A stretch of 64,000 bases of DNA from Botryllus schlosseri (taxonomy: Eukaryota): NCBI GenBank assembly GCA_051294905.1, contig CM119372.1, forward strand, positions 39,000,001 to 39,064,000, written 5' to 3'. Every line of letters begins with the position of its first letter. The first letter of the stretch is position 1. The notes below the pieces were generated by a model, which was not told the origin of the DNA, ran no database searches, and saw only the letters and a list, made by a program, of their open reading frames with translations. Shown here one piece after another: positions 12,409-24,500 of the stretch. Position numbers and translations under genes: made by a program.

Positions 12409-14101
12409 TTATTCACTCAGATTGTATGCCACTCTAGGCAGAAAATCTGTAGTCATGTCGGTTGACCACGCTCCATCACAAAGCCGCTTCAATTGGTCGC
12501 TAATGTCGACGTATTTTTTCTTTCTTTTAGGCGTTGCCTATGGCCTGTGGAAGTTTGTAACAGCTGCACTCGATTTTGCATGACATCCATCCTTCAAAAA
12601 TATATGTATATTCAAGTTGAAACCAAGAACACATATACATCTTCAATTGTTTATACTCACTTTATACACTCTAAAAATTTCCAAATGGTTACGTGACATC
12701 CTCCAACTAGAGCGCGGACGCCGTGATGCCATCCTTCAACAGAATTGTTGGTTCGGTGCATGCCATCGATGGTACGTTGTCGCACATACCAAATGCTGGG
12801 TGGGAACAGCGGCCGCCTATTACTGCCTTGTTGATCATTCGTGATACCTAAGGCAGAAACAATAATGAGTTAAATACTTCATATATTCGCGAAGCAAATC
12901 TGTAGGCCTACTATCAATGTTTGATATAATGTGGTAATGAAAAGACGTTAGTCATGGACAATTCGCAAAAGTGTCATCAATCTTCAGAGGTGAATCAAAA
13001 GGGGGAGAGGTGTGCTTTTTTGCAATCAGGCAATGTTTTAAATTGTAGTAGATTAATCGGGTTAAATCTATGTACGTACAAATGCCAGTTCACGTTTACG
13101 TCTCTACACGCATAAACATATGCCAGTTCACGTTTACGTCTCTACACGCATAAACATATGCCAGTTAAGTTATATATTAAAATATAGAGTTAGATGGATT
13201 ATTTTATTCAATTCAGTAGGCTGATATGTGAATAATGACTTGGTCACAAAGCGGCGAAAGCGAATCGCAAACAAATTTCGGCGCCGCTTGAAACTTGACG
13301 TCATTATAGCACAATTCGAGGACTGCATTCAAAAATAGACTTGAAGGTTTGTTGCCATGTGTGGGTAACAAACTATTTATTGAATCATTTGACTTTACCG
13401 CCGTTTATCAGGATTTTTCCTTTTTCATATATTTAATTCCAGCGTCTAGTTTTGTGAATAAGATTCAACCATTTCAAATTCAAATCCAACCCCCGAAAAC
13501 GGTTGATCACTACTCTTTATGCATTCGGTTCACAAACGGTTGATCACTACTCTTTATGCATTCGGTTCACAAACGGTTGATCACTACTCTTTATGCATTC
13601 GGTTCACAAACGGTTGATCACTACTCTTTATGCATTCGGTTGACAAACGGTATTGCGCTATTCACGAACGAGCCGAAATAGCAAACGGGAAACTCAATAT
13701 TATTAGTGAATTTGTTGGAACGTGTTTCGCGGTCTCGAAAAATTGTCTCGCGGACCCCAGTTTGAGAACCACTGGTCTGGCTAAACGTGAATACATTTCC
13801 CATAAAACGATATTGAAATAACATCATACCTTTGAACCATTTCTTTTGCCTCTACTATGCCAAACGTAGCACAGTGATTGTGTTCTTGAGATTGCTTCAA
13901 AACGATTGGTGGCTCTGCTCCTTCAAGGACTTTCAATGAACACCGACATTTTTTTCTGTCATAATGCGTGCATATCCAGTACGAAGTACCATTCGAAACT
14001 TTCATTCTCCTAAATACGAACTCGCCAACAGCGATTAACTTATTTCCTCGGGTCGAAGTAATGTATTTTGCTAATACATTAGGTCCTGATTGTTCTGCCA
14101 T
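12409..14101 (-). pseudogene. Spliced MULE/Phantom transposase remnant
   Basis: Exon 14101-13830: MAEQ..STRGNKLIAVGEFVF..YWIC..C..HNH (FLYWCH), followed by donor GTATGA. Exon 12847-12661: RRPLFPPSIW..RTNNSVEGWH..IWKFLECI, with AG acceptor and GTGAGT donor. Last exon ~12591-12409 with one frameshift: KRKKKYVD..DFLPRVAYNLSE*. Central DD part of the catalytic domain not found. Confidence 0.8.
13497..13651 (+). repeat. 37-bp tandem repeat, ~4 copies (AAACGGTTGATCACTACTCTTTATGCATTCGGTTCAC)
   Basis: Near-perfect direct repeats with no spacers. Confidence 0.95.
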
Positions 14102-15104
14102 TTCGTCGTCCACCTCTCTTAGCTGACCAACACCTGTCATGACTTTTAGTCGTAAAGCATGTGATTGACCGATACGGTTGGTTTTAAAACAGCTGATTGT
14201 CTCGAACACTCCACATTAGTGTGGTGATGATACTAACTACGGCATAACATTGAATAATTTCGCTTCACTGGCGCACAAATCTGTAACAACCTGCTGTGAT
14301 TCTAATCTTAAAAGAGCATAATATGATTAAGAGCCACTAAAGAAACTATGGATCGATAAGGAATTCCGTCGCTTCACTGGCATGGATAGCCTACCTCTAA
14401 TAACCCATCAACCTGATGTGATTCGTATCTCAATTCGTTTTATCTGCTTGAAAGCGAAAAGGCAAACTATGACACTATAGTTTTCTTCAAAGGAACGGAT
14501 ATCTGTAATACTAGCGAAACTCATCGAGCTGCTGTGATTGGTATGACGCAAGAAGGCATCAATTCTTTCAAATCTCGAAAAGGGGATAAACAAGTATCTA
14601 GGCGGATCATGGCCTACATTTTCGGTTGATGCAGCTTAGTCATTTTCAGTAAACGGTTGGCTTTAGGCTACTAGTAATGTCCTCTCAATAATGTTTACTT
14701 TGCTCGACTTAGAAAGCCTTATAAGGCTATTCTGCACCTTCCCCTTCCAGCAGCATATTGTTATTATTAATTGGTAATTGTTGAGAAGGAAACAATGCGA
14801 CGCTTATCAACTTATCGGTGGCAGAAAGTAGTACGAGACATTTTACAGTAAGCGGGTTAGATTACCACATTTCTGTCCTGTCTCATATGCACAATGCCTA
14901 TAATGCACGCATGTTATGCATATGCACATTGCACATCGCACAAACACAAATCGTACTCTCTAATTTTTCACGAGGCTGCGCGCACTCCCCAACTCACTGC
15001 GCGGTCCCTTGGACAACAGCGCGTAACAACTATAACATTGATCCCAACGTCGTGATATTAGGTATTTTCTGGTTTAGATTTCACGACATTCTTCATATTC
15101 GGAA

Positions 15105-16168
15105 ATATACATTCTCGGTAATGGCCATTCTCGGTGGTGTCCATTCTCTGTAATGTCCATTCTCGGTATTGTCCATATTCTCGGTAATGACCATTCTCGG
15201 TGGTGTCCATTCTCGGTAATGTACATTCTCTGTAATGTCAATATTCTCGGTAATGTCCATTCTCGGTAATGTCCATTCCCGGTATTGTCAATATTCTCGG
15301 TAATGTAAATTCTCTGTGGTGTCAATTCTCGGTAATGTCCATTCTCTGTGGTGTCCATTCTCGGTAATGTCCATTCTCCGTGGTGTCAATTCTCGGTAAT
15401 GTCAATTCTCTGTGGTGTCAATTCTCGGTAATGTCCATTCTCTGTGGTGTCAATTCTCGGTAATGTCCATTCTCTGTGGTGTCAATTCTCGGTAGCGTCC
15501 ATTCACTATGGTGTCCATTCTCGGTAATGTCCATTCTCTGTGGTGTCCATTCTCGGTAATGTCCATTCTCTGTGGTGTCAATTCTCGGTAGCGTCCATTC
15601 TCTGTGGTGTCCATTCTCGGTAATGTCCATTCTCGGTGGTGTCAATTCTCGGCAGCGTCCATTCACTATGGTGTCCATTCTCGGTAATGTCCATTCTCTG
15701 TGGTGTCCATTCTCGGTAATGTCCATTCTCTGTGGTGTCAATTCTCGGTAGCGTCCATTCTCTGTGGTGTTCATTCTCGGCAATGTCCATTCTCTGTGGT
15801 GTCAATTCTCGGTAGCGTCCATTCTCTGTGGTGTCCATTCTCGGTAATGTCCATTCTCGGTGGTGTCAATTCTCGGCAGCGTCCATTCACTATGGTGTCC
15901 ATTCTCGGTAATGTCCATTCTCTGTGGTGTCCATTCTCGGTAATGTCCATTCTCTGTGGTGTCAATTCTCGGTAGCGTCCATTCTCTGTGGTGTCCATTC
16001 TCGGCAATGTCCATTCTCTGTGGTGTCAATTCTCGGTAGCGTCCATTCTCTGTGGTGTCCATTCTCGGTATAGTCCATTCTCGGTGGTGTCAATTCTCGC
16101 TAATGTCCATTCTCGGTGGTGTCCATTCTCGGTAATGGCATTCTCGGTAATGGGTTTCTCGGTATTGT
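15105..16168 (-). repeat. Right foldback arm: reverse complement of the 16-bp minisatellite
   Basis: CATTCTCGGTAATGTC / CATTCTCTGTGGTGTC units seen directly. Confidence 0.95.
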
Positions 16169-16177
16169 CCGGACACC

Positions 16178-16290
16178 AGAGACTGCATGAGAGAGTGAAA
16201 ATGAAAGAACCGAAGAAATTCATTGAACTATACAAAAACTGTCATATCGTGGAGCACAAAGCCTTAACAGGCTAAAAGCACCACTGTTGG
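16178..16290 (+). mobile_element. SINE family A, 3' part
   Basis: AGCACAAAGCCT.AAC.GGCTAAAAGCACCACTGTTG matches 4814-4851. Confidence 0.8.
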
Positions 16291-17523
16291 GTTTGTTCGT
16301 TTGTTTGTAGTATTCATGGTGTTTGTCGACTACTATGGCCATTAACACCAGGTCGATAATCTTTATTTATATTCCGTAACTGCCGGTTTGTAGCACGACC
16401 AACTTTTAATAAGTCACCGCTTGCACAGATGTTGTGCAGGATGTTGTGTTATAATAATAACAATAAAAAAAGACCATGAATTAATCAGAACCATATCTTC
16501 CGCAAGGTAGCATCAGGGGATCTGTGTCAGCGATTACAGAAATACATGGAAAACGGAGAAAGAGAAATGCTCATTCATAATAATGATTGACTGAAACCGT
16601 GCACCAATTAATTTGAAATAAATAAATAGGCAATGCTAATCAGTCGCTATCAAGTCTCAGGTCCTCTGAATTATTCAATCGACACACCCCGAGAACTGGG
16701 CTTCTAAATTCCGAGGTAGGTTCAGACTTCGAGTACTTCCTTATGGGTTTGAATACACAGTTTATTTCGCTAATAATTTATATGATGGTTTGCAATGACA
16801 AACATAAATTGCATTCGTTTTCGTAGAATAGATGTATGGTCTCGTTTCAATGCGAAGTAAGCGGAGCGAAATTAATGTCGCAGACAACACACGTAGGCCT
16901 ATACATACATACACGTTACGAATGCATGTCCGTTGTTGCTAGTTATGGATAATGGATTGCGTGCAATTCCGGGATGTGAACATATTGAACTGCATAATTG
17001 AATGACGTAGCATACCTGTCTTGACGCCCAGAACAAATATTCAAAAAAATCGTGACCGGTCAGACGCATATACCGTGTTCATGACAGGCACATTGCCGAC
17101 TGGCATTGCAAATACCTCGTAACAACAAATACATCGAAAATTATTCTTAAATGCGATTAATTCGTGATTCACATAGCCTGGGTTTGCATGCAGTCTTTAG
17201 TTCTATAATTTGCAATTGTTATGAAGAGCAACGTCCATGAGAAGTTACAGTTCCTTATTGATATATGTGTCTTTCGCCTTTAGAGATATCACTTTTTCTT
17301 CTTTTCAACCTATGTGCTACATTGTGTCTTGATTTCCGTTCCACCGGATATTGCTGTAAATATTGCATTGTCGTTCTTATTGGGATCGATCTAAATCTAG
17401 ATGACAGGGTGAAAGTTATTCTCCGACAAATCTTCCTGGTAAATGATCAGTTCTTAGTTGGAATCGGTGATGATTGCATTTTTGCATCACGTCTTGTGAC
17501 ATTGAAGATTATCTTTCCAGGCC

Positions 17524-17800
17524 TTCCCGGCCGGGTCAGACCAGTGACCTGATTAGTAACACTGGTATCCATGACTTCCCCGCTTGGCGCTCATGCAATA
17601 ACGTGACAGCATGGAGGGGTGGTGCAAGACTTAGAAAGCTGTACAAGGCTATATCTGCACCTTCCTTGTCCAACGGCATATGCACATCCTGTGCTCATGG
17701 TATGCATATGCCCAGATCGTGGGTATGTCTATCATGCGTTGGTGTATATGCCGCAAAAACATCAGGGACAAAAAATAATTCACGTCCTTTCCTTACCTTT
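17524..17800 (+). mobile_element. SINE family B, 5'-truncated
   Basis: Colinear with 18638-18900. Confidence 0.8.
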
Positions 17801-18403
17801 TGCATTCCTATTTCATGGTATATTGAACAAATAACGTAATTAGTATAAAATACAAAGTCAATACCACATATTTGTAAAACTACAGTCTCTTTCCGCAGTG
17901 CTTATCACGAAGTAGTTTCATCGGTTTGACAAGTGTTATGAAAGTCTGTATGTCACGAACGGTACTATGCTCAATTTATCAAATATACTAAATGTATGGA
18001 AACGTGTTGCATCGGTACGTGCAGTCATGTTTGCCGCGACTACACGATTAAGACATTTTCGCAATTTGTCTTAATCCGCAATGTAGCAATATTAATCCAA
18101 TAATGCTTGTCGCAATCGATAATGGATTGCACTCGCGTACGCACAATTGGCATACGCATAAATAGAACTATCCAGTACTGCATGGCGTATCGAAGGCATG
18201 CCCTGTAATATTTAGCGTTTGTTTCGATTTATTCATATATAATTGATGGCTGAAATTACGTACGTCACAGACAATGTTTTTATTATAAATGCGACGGTCC
18301 ACGTTTTCGCTGGCATTCTCCGTTTGCATTTCGGTAACCTCGACTGTGTCGAAGCAAAATAATTTTATTAGGAAGGGTAGGCTATCTGTTGTAAAGAACT
18401 ACG

Positions 18404-18509
18404 ATGAAGAGCAGGCGATTCAAGGGCAGTGGAAGTTACCGGGGAACTGTGCGGATCTCCAGCCAGTTTGACCCGGAGTCAGACGCGCTTCGCATGTTTA
18501 AATCTATAA
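18404..18509 (+). CDS. Annexin-1 coding exon 1 (MKSRRFKGSGSYRGTVRISSQFDPESDALRMFKSI)
   Basis: RGTV..FD..DA annexin N-core motif; donor GTAAGT, phase 1. Confidence 0.8.
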
Positions 18510-21500
18510 GTAAGTGCTGAGATTGGTCTGATATGTTTGAATAACAGAGATACCTCCCACTGTCACTGTCACTTCACCGACAAGATAGCGTAATGGTTAA
18601 GCGTCCGGCTTATTGATCGGTAGGTCGTGGGTTCGATTCCCGGCCGGGTCAGACCAAAGACCTGATTAGTAACACTGGTATCCATGGCTTCCCTGCTTGG
18701 CGCTCATGCATTACTGGGATGGCATGGAGGGGTGGTGCATGACTTAGAAAGCCGTAAAGGCTATATCTGCACTTCCTTGTCCAGCGGCATATGCACATCA
18801 TGCACTCATGGTATGCATATGCGCAGATCGTGTGTATGTGTATCATGAGTCGGTGTATATGCCGCAAAAACATCAAGGACAAAAATAAACTACGTCCTCC
18901 TCCTCCTCCTCCTCCTCCTGTCCCAAAGTCTGCCAAGATGAAATATTTCAAGAAGAGAAACCAAGAAACTTATTGTTTTCGCAAAAGATATTCATGATTA
19001 TTTTCATTGTTGTTATTTTTATTTATTAAGGTTCATATTTAGCCCGAATGTCTGGCGAAGACGTGATAGAACAGTTACTCTTCATAGCAAAACAGCAAGT
19101 CGATCACTCTGCTGTGCGATACAAATTTCATGTTCATCATGGTCTCACAGTCTGTTCAATCCAAACAAAGTATATATAATAGCAATTGTGGAGAGTAAAA
19201 ATACGAAAATACTGCATAACATTACGTTTGCATGACTGTATTTAGTCAATATGGTAAACTATGACTATGATAGATGTCCTCATTAGATGCAGAACTAGTT
19301 TGTAAATGCGATATCATTACCTTAGCATCACTCTGCTCCTTTGGAGAACTTAAAAATGTCGTATTTCATGTCCATACTATCCAAATGGTAACATGCGATA
19401 AAATGCTTGAAATGTATTGCAGGAAACGATATCGATGACGTCATTGAGTTATCGTCGTCGCGATCAATGCCACAAAGAATGGAAATCGCGTGCATCTATG
19501 AAAGCGTTAATGGGACTGTAAGTAGCAAAAAACGCTGTAATGTATTTGTCATATAACCCCTATACGTTGCGTGAACTGGCTTATTACGATATACGATTTT
19601 TTGTCAAGCACTGGCTTACTAAGAGTTTGTGGATAACTAAAACCGATACTATTAGAAACGCAAGTCCTGACTTTCGGATTAAATAAGGATTCTAGCAGTG
19701 TACAATAGCCTACATATGAGTTAAATCGACATTGTACCCATGTTACCACCAAGTCACATAAATCATCCTTACCATAAGCCTAATTGCAATAGACGGTGTT
19801 TCGTATCCGGTCAGACTCACAATTACAAGCTCTTATCAAGTCAAATAGGGATTGCGATTTCCTGATGTCAATTCCTGACCTATCTGCTTGGAACATCTTC
19901 GAGTTCCATCAAGTATTTTGGATCCCAAATATATTATTTCCGGTCACTTCAGACATTGTTAACTCCATCATTGCACAGAAATGGAGGTGAAAGCCAGGCA
20001 CGTTGCAGTGACGGAACAATCAGTAATTTTATTATTCACGACATGGTTAGCCTGATTTAAAAAGGATTGTTATAGCAAAAATTAGTCCAAGTTACGAAAT
20101 CACAAGGTTCCTCTTGACCTCGAGTTGAATTTTGTTACTTGCTGCCATCGGAGTGCATGAAACGTTCAAAAGTCGACGATTTATGTCTTAAATGCCTTGA
20201 TTTTTGGAAAATCCGGCTATTTCGATACAATATTCAGAGGGTAAAACCTACTAAGCCACGTTTGCAAACCTCTGAACTATCGAGGTCCACACATATAATA
20301 CGTAGGCGAACAGACCGTTGGCACCGTGACCATCCACAATGATTGTGTTTTAGGTTTTGCTGCGGACGGAAGGACTCAGTTATTGAATGCTCGTATAGAG
20401 CGTTGAATAAATCCATTTCATGATGTACTCTTACAAATCTTTCTATACGATCGACATTCCATGCTTGCCTTCATAGAAACTTGTCTCGGATCTGAAAAAA
20501 AGAATTACATCCCGAAAGTTCCTTGATCTGCTGATGGTTTTGTACACTACTCCAGAAATGCTCGACGCGCGAAATATTCACGACATTTTGCGTGATCGCA
20601 GGAGACAAATTGAGGTAATATAAACTCTCGGATCGGATAATGGTGTGTTGATGTATCGTTGATGTAGCTTATCCAGTACGATTATTCTTATTGTCACCGA
20701 CTAATTCGATGATTCCGTTTCATAATGATTCTATCTTCTGGTTCAGCTCGTCGAAGTCTTAAAAACCAAATCTGCGGGTGAGATGGATCTTATTAAAGTG
20801 CACTATGAAGACAAATATCAAATAACCCTCGAGAATGCCATATTGAGGTCCAAGATTGACGTACAGCTGAAGCAAATGTATATGTCAATCATCAACAACG
20901 TAAGACATCATCATTATTGTATATTGTACAACATGGAAACCATTGCCATATAGATTACTTATATCGGAATCTTAGTGAAAATAGGGTGACAATATTACTT
21001 AAAATATGCTGAAGCCTTATAGTAAAGAATTTCATATACTATGGTGATATCGAGTTAGCCGTCCGCTAGACGATGTTGACGAGTCGTTCCATCTGCTTGG
21101 AAGCTCGTTCAAATGCGTCTAGAGCAGAGATTCCCAACCGCTGCTCACTCATTCTGTACTACAAAAACCCAGGTTTCATGATAGATCAGTGGTTCTCAAC
21201 CTTTTTGGCTTCGCGGACCCCTTTTGACCGCCACGGAACCTCGCGGACCCCCTCAAGTTTTAGTTCAATTTTTGCTCTATTATGGTGCAACTTTCATCTG
21301 TCTTGTGCAAATATGAAATGTAGGCTTGTGATAAACAACAAAATAATGATTTTTCTTGAAAATAACATCATACTATTTAAGTATAAATTGGTAGACTTTT
21401 AATATTTCAAAGCTAATTTTGCTGCTGTATTTCTTGAAGTACGTGGTCGTGTCTTGAAAATCCGCGTCTTCGTTTTGATATTAACGAGGAGTGCCGAAAA

Positions 21501-24500
21501 CCATTTCCGCAAAGATAGATGGAGGCTATAATGAAATATTAACGCATAACGCTTCCGACGATACTTTTTGTGTGATCGCAACATTTATGGCACGAAAATT
21601 AAGAAACATATATTTTATGAACATATCACGCCCAGCATCTAGCGCAGCGACTGGCAACATACGCACCACGGGCCGGATTTGGCCCGCGACGGCACTTTGA
21701 TCGGCCCGCAGAGAGTTTCTACCATCAAAGTGAAATCCTAATATAAAAGTATAGACAAATTTTATGCGCCAAAGAATGGATCCACGTTTTCCAACCTGAG
21801 AAAGACTGTCATGAAACGACTTGTTCTGTTCGGGTCTACGTATATATTTACGAGCAAACATTTTCGACCATGAGCAATTGAACATTAACACAAGGCTGCA
21901 TACCAACATATCTGGTGATATGAATTTCACGGTTGGAGCGTAATGCTTTGACAGCAACGAAACACTCCTTGTTCATAAAAAACCAGCCTTGTCGATAGGG
22001 CATCCGCAATAAGAATGCGCCAAATCTGATAGCTGGGCTTTAAGAGTAGGTATTTCATTATCCGATTTATAACGAGTGTCAGCCGTAAATATTCGGGTTC
22101 ATTTCAAAATGAATAATACTATTGTATATTGAATTTCTGTATCTCCAAGAAGCTCTTCAAATAGTGGTTATGTATATCACAGGAAAAATGGATTTCGTGG
22201 CGAGGTTTCGATCCCTGCATTGGGAAAAATTAGGGAAATACTTCGGAAATTTTATTTCAAACGACGGTTCACTCATTTGAAGAGACAGAGAACACGTCAA
22301 ATCGAGGTTTCGCAGACATTACGAAGTCACCCTGATTGACGTTATACTATCTCCATATTTTTATTTTTGCCACAAACCCCAACGAAACGTCTCTAAACAG
22401 CAATATGTTTGTATCAGCAGGTTATGGGAAAATTGGCATTGAAAATGAATTTCCACACTACGATAGCTCATGTCAGACGATTATTATAATGATATGAGTC
22501 ATGAGGTTTCAGCAGTTGTGGTGCGAAACTACCTCATGCTTTCTCAAATTAAAAAATAAAATAAAAATTAGGTTATCAACCATTTTAAAAATTTAGAGGT
22601 CTCGCGGACCCCCTGAAATTGCTTCGCGGACCCCCGGTTGAGAACCGCTGTGATAGATGATTTCAATAACAATACTTGATCTGTTGCTGTTGTATGCTTA
22701 CCGTGATGTCACTAACCTAAGCCGAAATTTGATGAATTTATGGAAGTTAGAAAAATTCATTCGGACAAAATCTCACGTGATGGAGAAAGTCTGAGAACAG
22801 ATTCGGATTTAGCAACCTTATATTAGCCTAAATCCACCATCAAAATTTTTGCGCAAATTTTTTTCGAAATTTGTAGACCAGTGTAATCTACGCCCAGAAA
22901 TTCGATTCTCTATTTGGATAAACTTGTATATGTGAAGCACTTTTTATCAAAACGGTCAGAATCGAAAATCAATATCGCAATCGATTCACCGAAGACCACC
23001 TCAAGCAGCTACTGCGTACTGCATGCTCTGTTATTAAGCTTAGCGTTGGCCCACTTTTTGAAGCTCAACGCCAATGCTAAGTTGGATATTAAATTGATTT
23101 GTGTATTTATTTCTTGGTAGTGATGCTGCTTTATAATTTTTGTTATACTCAGCGAGTGTATTTGTGCGGCTCCAAACGTACTCTGAAATTTGAAATGCGG
23201 CCCCGACATCAAAAAAGGTTTGGAACCACTGGTCTAAAGCAGTGGTTATCCACTTTCAGCAACATGGCGTTTCGTTACGCCCGGGGTGGCCAACCTTTTT
23301 GGCCAAAGCGCCACATGAGGTTTCCCAAACCATCGTGCGAGTCACTTGAGTAATGATGACTTCTTGTTTACTGCTAGGTTAGGTAACGTGACCGCGAGAC
23401 TTTTCGTATGCACCAAAATCGCTGACATTCATGCCGTGACGAAGCAGTGCGTATTCATGTACTGTACATGTTTGCCACCCCCGTCTCTGTCGTCAATTCC
23501 CGAGTTCCTCTGCGTTGCGTAATTCTACGAATGTCATGCTCGATACATAATTTACTGCCATTCAATGCGTTTACCTGACTCTGCAATTCCATTTATCATA
23601 CACTGGCGTGAAGTCTTCCAATTCAAGCGTCGCTGAAAGCGTCATCGATTTACATGACGGGATGAAAAGGGAGGACTCGGAGACAATCATTGAAGAAGTA
23701 TTTTCTCGATGCAGTCTGGAAGAATTAAAAACTGTTTCAGACGAATATTCGGAGGTCTGTATTTCATTTGTGGGCTGGTCACAAGCGCACGTTATAGTGA
23801 TACATGATTTTGGCGATCACAACTTTGGAATGAATGCATGCATTTGCTTGTCGTGTTTCGGTTAGGGTTGCATTTAAAACAAAATCAATTTAAAACAAAC
23901 ATGTTTAAAACAAGGCCCTTGTTTTTTCGTTTTTTTTTAAAGTCATGACCTCGCGAATATTCAATTGTGTAGTCCCAAAACTTAACCAATTAGTCAACTA
24001 CCGAAAGTGTGCAAATCCTGCGTGAATACTTCGTTAAGTGGAATTCCTTCAATGATGACCATCTGTGTGTTTGCTTGTTTGTGGTATTCATGGGTTTTGT
24101 CTACTACTACGGATGTTATGGCCATCTGTGTGTGTGTGTATGTGTGTATTGCTTGTATTTGCACCTTCAATCCACTCCTTTACGGCACAAAATCATTTTC
24201 CAATTGAATGTAGGATATAACTTTCCTTGGCGTCACCATTATCGGTCCGCTGAAATCCCTAAAATACTTCAGATTCAATTCCAGAAATGGGGCACTACCA
24301 TCGAATCGGAGATACCCGCAAAATTTGAAGGACCCTTTTGCGAAGCATTGTTACGGATGATTAAGATGGCGCGCAATCTGCCGTTATATTACGCAGAGAA
24401 GATGTTTGCCTGCGTCAGCAAGATCTCAATAAATCACCAGCGCTTGAGTGGGTTGATAGTGTCGCGATGCGAGGTAAGACACAGTATCACGATGGACGAT

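Larger units (their letters stand above)
10213..16177 (-). mobile_element. Foldback-type Mutator (Phantom-like) DNA transposon, non-autonomous
   Basis: Perfect 9-bp TSD AGAGACTGC (10204-10212, 16178-16186). Inverted termini GGT..CAATACCGAGAAA.CCATTACCGAGAA. Long inverted arms of 16-bp repeats. Internal FLYWCH and MULE transposase exons. Confidence 0.9.

Noticed and set aside
13497..13651. CRISPR-like 37-bp repeats
   Set aside because: Head-to-tail copies with no unique spacers, no cas genes, eukaryotic context.
10134..16275. Many overlapping repetitive ORFs (MDITENGHHREWTLPR...)
   Set aside because: They are translations of the stop-poor 16-bp minisatellite in several frames on both strands, not proteins.
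18895..18920. Poly-Pro/poly-Gly coding stretch
   Set aside because: It is the (CCT)n tail of a SINE inside an intron.
21050..21120. Possible extra annexin-1 linker exon (SRPLDDVDES)
   Set aside because: No phase-compatible acceptor/donor pair; the gene joins in frame without it.
24009..24284. N-terminal Cys/hydrophobic part of the 168-aa ORF
   Set aside because: Intronic TG-rich and repeat sequence that happens to be in frame with annexin-1 exon 6.
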